Shown here: one piece after another, positions 60,787 through 64,000 of the stretch | How the letters are laid out: the number at the start of each line of letters is the position of its first letter | How positions within the stretch are numbered: position 1 is the first letter of the stretch | Origin: an uncultured Collinsella sp. | GTDB taxonomy: Bacteria > Actinomycetota > Coriobacteriia > Coriobacteriales > Coriobacteriaceae | Length of the DNA: 64,000 bases | Direction of reading: 5' to 3' | NCBI GenBank assembly: GCA_900541685.1 | Contig: UQKM01000003.1 | Span: 69,576-133,575, forward strand | Notes under the pieces: generated by a model | The model's database searches: none | Seen by the model: the letters and a program-made list of their open reading frames with translations, nothing else | Told to the model about the DNA's origin: nothing | Position numbers and translations under genes: made by a program

Positions 60787-62687
60787 TTGAGTGTCGGGGC
60801 GTTTCCTTTAGCTATGACGGTGCCACACCGGCACTCGACGGCATCGATCTGAACATCGAGGATGGCGAGTTTTTCTGCATCCTCGGCGGCAACGGGTCGG
60901 GCAAGTCGACGTTCGCCAAGCATTTGAACGCGCTGCTGCAGCCCGATACGGGAACGGTGCGCGTCAACGGCATGGACGCGTCCGATCCCGAGCTGGTCTA
61001 CGACATTCGCTCGACCGCGGGCATGGTATTCCAGAACCCGGATGATCAGCTGGTGGCGACGCTTGTCGAGGACGATGTTGCCTTTGGTCCCGAAAACCTT
61101 GGGGTGGAATCGGCCCAGATCGCGCAGCGCGTACGCGAGGCACTGAAGGGCGTGGGTTTGGTGGGCTTCGAGCGCCACGAGACCCATGCACTTTCGGGCG
61201 GACAAAAGCAGCGCGTGGCGCTTGCCGGCGTGCTCGCCATGGAACCGCGCGTGCTCATTTTGGACGAGGCGTCCTCGATGCTCGATCCGCGCGGGCGCAA
61301 GGGCCTTATGAAGGTTTGCCGCGTGTTGCACGCTCGCGGCATGACCATCGTGATGATTACGCACTTTATGGAAGAGGCCGCCGAGGCCGATCGTGTCGCG
61401 GTGTTTCGGGCGGGGCGCGTTGCCATGCTCGGTACGCCCGAGGAAATCTTGACGCGGGCGGACGAACTTGCGCAGCTCAACTTGGATATGCCGGCGTCGT
61501 GCTGTCTAGGTAGGGCACTTCGTGCGAAGGGCGTACCCGTTTGCGCGCAGGTGCGTGAGGCGGATATGGTCGCCGAGATTGCGCAGGCTTATGCCGAGCG
61601 GAGTGGGGTAGACATCGTGGGGCGGCCCTTTGAGTCCGATCCTCGTATGCTCGACAACGCATCCTCTGCAAACGATGGAACAGCAGCGTCGGAGCCCGTC
61701 ATAGAGCTATCCCATGTTTCGTACAGTTATTCGCTCAGTCCGCGCGAGCGCCGCCGCTGGCATAAGCGCTCGGTCACTGCGGGCAAATCGAGCAAACAGG
61801 CTCTCTGGGGAAACGACCCCAGCAGTCCGTGGGCGCTGCGCGATGTATCGCTGACGGTGCGTTGCGGCGAGTTCCTGGGCTTGGCAGGTCATACCGGTTC
61901 GGGTAAGTCGACGCTGGTCCAGCATCTCAACGGTTTGATTCGCCCCCAGGAGGGATCCGTTCGCGCGCTGGGGCTCGACCTATCAAACAAGAAAGACGCC
62001 GCTGCGGTTAAGGCCAAGGTCGGCGTGGTATTTCAGTATCCTGAGCGTCAGCTGTTTGCCGAAACCGTGGCGCAGGACGTGGCGTTTGGTCCGCACAACC
62101 TTGGCTTGCCGCAAGATGAAGTCGACCGTCGTGTCGAGTCATCACTCTCGCGCGTGGGCCTCGATCTTTCCACGGTCGGCGACAAGAGTCCCTTTGAGCT
62201 TTCGGGCGGTCAGCAACGGCGTGTGGCGTTTGCCGGCGTGCTTGCCATGGAACCCGAGGTCCTGGTGCTCGACGAGCCCATGGCGGGGCTCGATCCGGCG
62301 GCGCGCAGTGATTTCCTGGAGCTTATCGATCGACTTCACCATGGGGGCCTGACCGTCGTCATGGTCTCACACAGTATGGATGACCTTGCCAATTGCTGCG
62401 ACCGTATTGTCGTGATGAATGAGGGCGCGGTGTTTGCCGAGGGCACGCCCGCTCAGGTTTTTGCGCGTGCGGATGAGCTTAAATCAATCGGCTTGGGTGT
62501 TCCCGCTGCCCAGCGCATGGCGCTGGCGCTTGCGGAAGCGGGCGTGCCGCTGCGTTGCGGCGGGCTCTATACGGTTGAGTCGTTGGCCGACGAGTTGGCA
62601 GATTTGCTGATCGGTCGCTCAGACGGTTCTTCTAACGTCACGGACATTGCTAAATCCAAGACGGTCGCGCGAGAGGAGGGCTGCTAA
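60783..62687 (+). CDS. fused tandem ECF transporter ATPase (EcfA1-EcfA2)
   Basis: Two complete ABC domains (GGNGSGKST...; GHTGSGKST...) with ECF-type Q-helix regions. ATGA overlap with ribU. Confidence 0.9.
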   Translation: MIECRGVSFSYDGATPALDGIDLNIEDGEFFCILGGNGSGKSTFAKHLNALLQPDTGTVRVNGMDASDPELVYDIRSTAGMVFQNPDDQLVATLVEDDVAFGPENLGVESAQIAQRVREALKGVGLVGFERHETHALSGGQKQRVALAGVLAMEPRVLILDEASSMLDPRGRKGLMKVCRVLHARGMTIVMITHFMEEAAEADRVAVFRAGRVAMLGTPEEILTRADELAQLNLDMPASCCLGRALRAKGVPVCAQVREADMVAEIAQAYAERSGVDIVGRPFESDPRMLDNASSANDGTAASEPVIELSHVSYSYSLSPRERRRWHKRSVTAGKSSKQALWGNDPSSPWALRDVSLTVRCGEFLGLAGHTGSGKSTLVQHLNGLIRPQEGSVRALGLDLSNKKDAAAVKAKVGVVFQYPERQLFAETVAQDVAFGPHNLGLPQDEVDRRVESSLSRVGLDLSTVGDKSPFELSGGQQRRVAFAGVLAMEPEVLVLDEPMAGLDPAARSDFLELIDRLHHGGLTVVMVSHSMDDLANCCDRIVVMNEGAVFAEGTPAQVFARADELKSIGLGVPAAQRMALALAEAGVPLRCGGLYTVESLADELADLLIGRSDGSSNVTDIAKSKTVAREEGC

Positions 62688-63487
62688 TGGAGGCGTTTTC
62701 GTTTGGCAGCTACTATCCCGGCGATAGTGCAATCCACCGCCTGGACCCGCGAACTAAGTTGCTCTTGGGCTTTGTGTTTCTGATCACGACGCTCACGGTC
62801 GGCAGCTTCCGCGGGCTGGCCCCGGTCGCAATCTTCGTTGTCCTGATCTATACCGTGTCCCGGGTGCCGGCTCGTCGCGTCCTGTCATCGATGGCGCCAC
62901 TGCTGGCGATCGTCGCGGTGGTCGCGGTGCTCAACCTGTTTTCCGACCAAAGCGGGCGCATTCTGTGGCAGCTCGGCCTTTTGCAGATAAGCGAGGGCTC
63001 GCTGCATTCCGCCGCCTTTATGGCGTGCCGCCTGACCTTGATGATGGCCGGCATGAGCGCCATTACGCTCACCACACCGACGCTCGACCTCACCGCGGGC
63101 TTTGAGCGCCTGCTCGCGCCGTTTGCGCGTGTGGGACTTCCTGCGCACGAGCTCGGCATGATTATGGGTATCGCGCTGCGCTTTATGCCGCAGTTTGCCA
63201 CCGAGATGAAGCAGACGGCCGATGCGCAGGCGAGCCGCGGCGCGCGCGTGACGGGAGGCCCGCTCGGCGGCGTTCGTATGCTTGGCAGTGTGGCGATTCC
63301 GCTGTTCACGGGTGTGTTCCGTCATGCCGAGACGTTGTCTGCCGCCATGGATGCCCGTTGCTATCATGGCGAGCAGGGCCGCACGCGTTTGCATGCGCTT
63401 GCGTTTGGCCGTGGCGATGCGTTGGCGGCGGTGGTGACGACGTTGCTGCTCATCTGCGTCATCGTCATCAATCTTCAACTTGTTTAG
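62687..63487 (+). CDS. ecfT: ECF transporter transmembrane (T) component
   Basis: CbiQ/EcfT family. TAATG overlap with the ATPase gene. Confidence 0.9.
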   Translation: MEAFSFGSYYPGDSAIHRLDPRTKLLLGFVFLITTLTVGSFRGLAPVAIFVVLIYTVSRVPARRVLSSMAPLLAIVAVVAVLNLFSDQSGRILWQLGLLQISEGSLHSAAFMACRLTLMMAGMSAITLTTPTLDLTAGFERLLAPFARVGLPAHELGMIMGIALRFMPQFATEMKQTADAQASRGARVTGGPLGGVRMLGSVAIPLFTGVFRHAETLSAAMDARCYHGEQGRTRLHALAFGRGDALAAVVTTLLLICVIVINLQLV

Positions 63488-63517
63488 GCGCGATTCGAGC
63501 GCAGGAAAGGGGTCCCT

Positions 63518-63964
63518 ATGACCGACAACGACCGCACGGCGCAGCTCGAGCGCGCCTGTTCGTATCTTAGGCGTATTCCGGCGTGGTATCTCGCCACGAT
63601 CGACGTGACGGACGGACATCAGCCGCGCGTGAGGCCGTTCTCGTTTGCCATGGTCGATGATGGCAAGCTGTGGTTTTGCACCTCGCGCGATAAGGACGTG
63701 TGGGCCGAGCTCAGCGCGAACCCCAAGTTTGAGGTTTCGGGTTGGAAACCGGGGGAGTGTTGGATTGTGCTGACCGGCGAGGCCGCGCTCGAGGACGACG
63801 CGGTTGCGAGCGACAAGGTGCGTCAAGCGGGTTTTAAGCACATGGCGGGCATCGGCGAGGAACACGAGAGTGCCAATGACGGCCGCCTTGCGTTTTTCTC
63901 GGTCCGCAATATCGTCGCCCGCTTCTGCGATATCGACGGCAGCGAGGAGCGCCTGGAGCTTTAA
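63518..63964 (+). CDS. pyridoxamine 5'-phosphate oxidase-family FMN-binding split-barrel protein
   Basis: PNPOx-like fold segments (YLATID...RPFSFAMVDDGKLWFCTS). SD AGGAAAGGGG. Confidence 0.7.
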   Translation: MTDNDRTAQLERACSYLRRIPAWYLATIDVTDGHQPRVRPFSFAMVDDGKLWFCTSRDKDVWAELSANPKFEVSGWKPGECWIVLTGEAALEDDAVASDKVRQAGFKHMAGIGEEHESANDGRLAFFSVRNIVARFCDIDGSEERLEL

Positions 63965-64000
63965 CCCTAGGGCAGCTAAAGCAGCCCCGACCCAAAAAGA

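Overview
About 64 kb of high-GC (~62-65%) chromosome from a Gram-positive bacterium. The gene content (LtaS, Asp23/AmaP, ECF transporters, lgt, type III PanK) suggests a Coriobacteriia-like actinobacterium, but that is inference. Most of the window is housekeeping: map, dxs, groES-groEL, lgt, coaX, dCMP deaminase, yebC, amt-glnK, a glutamine-type amino-acid ABC operon, and an FMN-riboswitch-controlled ECF riboflavin transporter followed by an FMN-binding PNPOx-like gene. There is also a giant 1594-aa CoA-activase/2-hydroxyacyl-CoA-dehydratase fusion flanked by a TetR regulator and a 3-hydroxyacyl-CoA dehydrogenase. The most unusual content is a lower-GC (~45-52%) island at about 7.7-13.7 kb. 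It encodes a compact radical-SAM/SPASM RiPP-type cluster: an unannotated 42-aa six-cysteine precursor peptide with a strong Shine-Dalgarno sequence (SD) and a downstream attenuator hairpin, an immunity-type ABC ATPase plus two permeases, an RRE-rSAM-SPASM maturase, and a fused ABC exporter. An XRE HTH regulator and a DUF2975 membrane protein sit immediately upstream. The second notable signal is a family of at least 9 copies of a 29-33-nt hairpin repeat. All copies share the loop motif AAAGGGGACAGG, but the stem sequences differ between types and remain complementary, and five copies begin 0-3 nt after + strand stop codons. Other structured non-coding elements include a promoter-like region with a 12-codon mini-ORF, two tandem 58-nt inverted repeats and a bidirectional terminator at 18.26-18.62 kb. 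There is a 145-nt near-perfect palindrome after groEL, a 21-bp inverted repeat burying the SD of a HAD hydrolase gene, and a 21-bp terminal-inverted-repeat (TIR) element at 33.4 kb. A degenerate-GGDEF/REC/HD-GYP protein shows an apparent -1 frameshift and is followed by a standalone Hpt gene. No tRNA, rRNA, CRISPR array, transposase or integrase was recognised.
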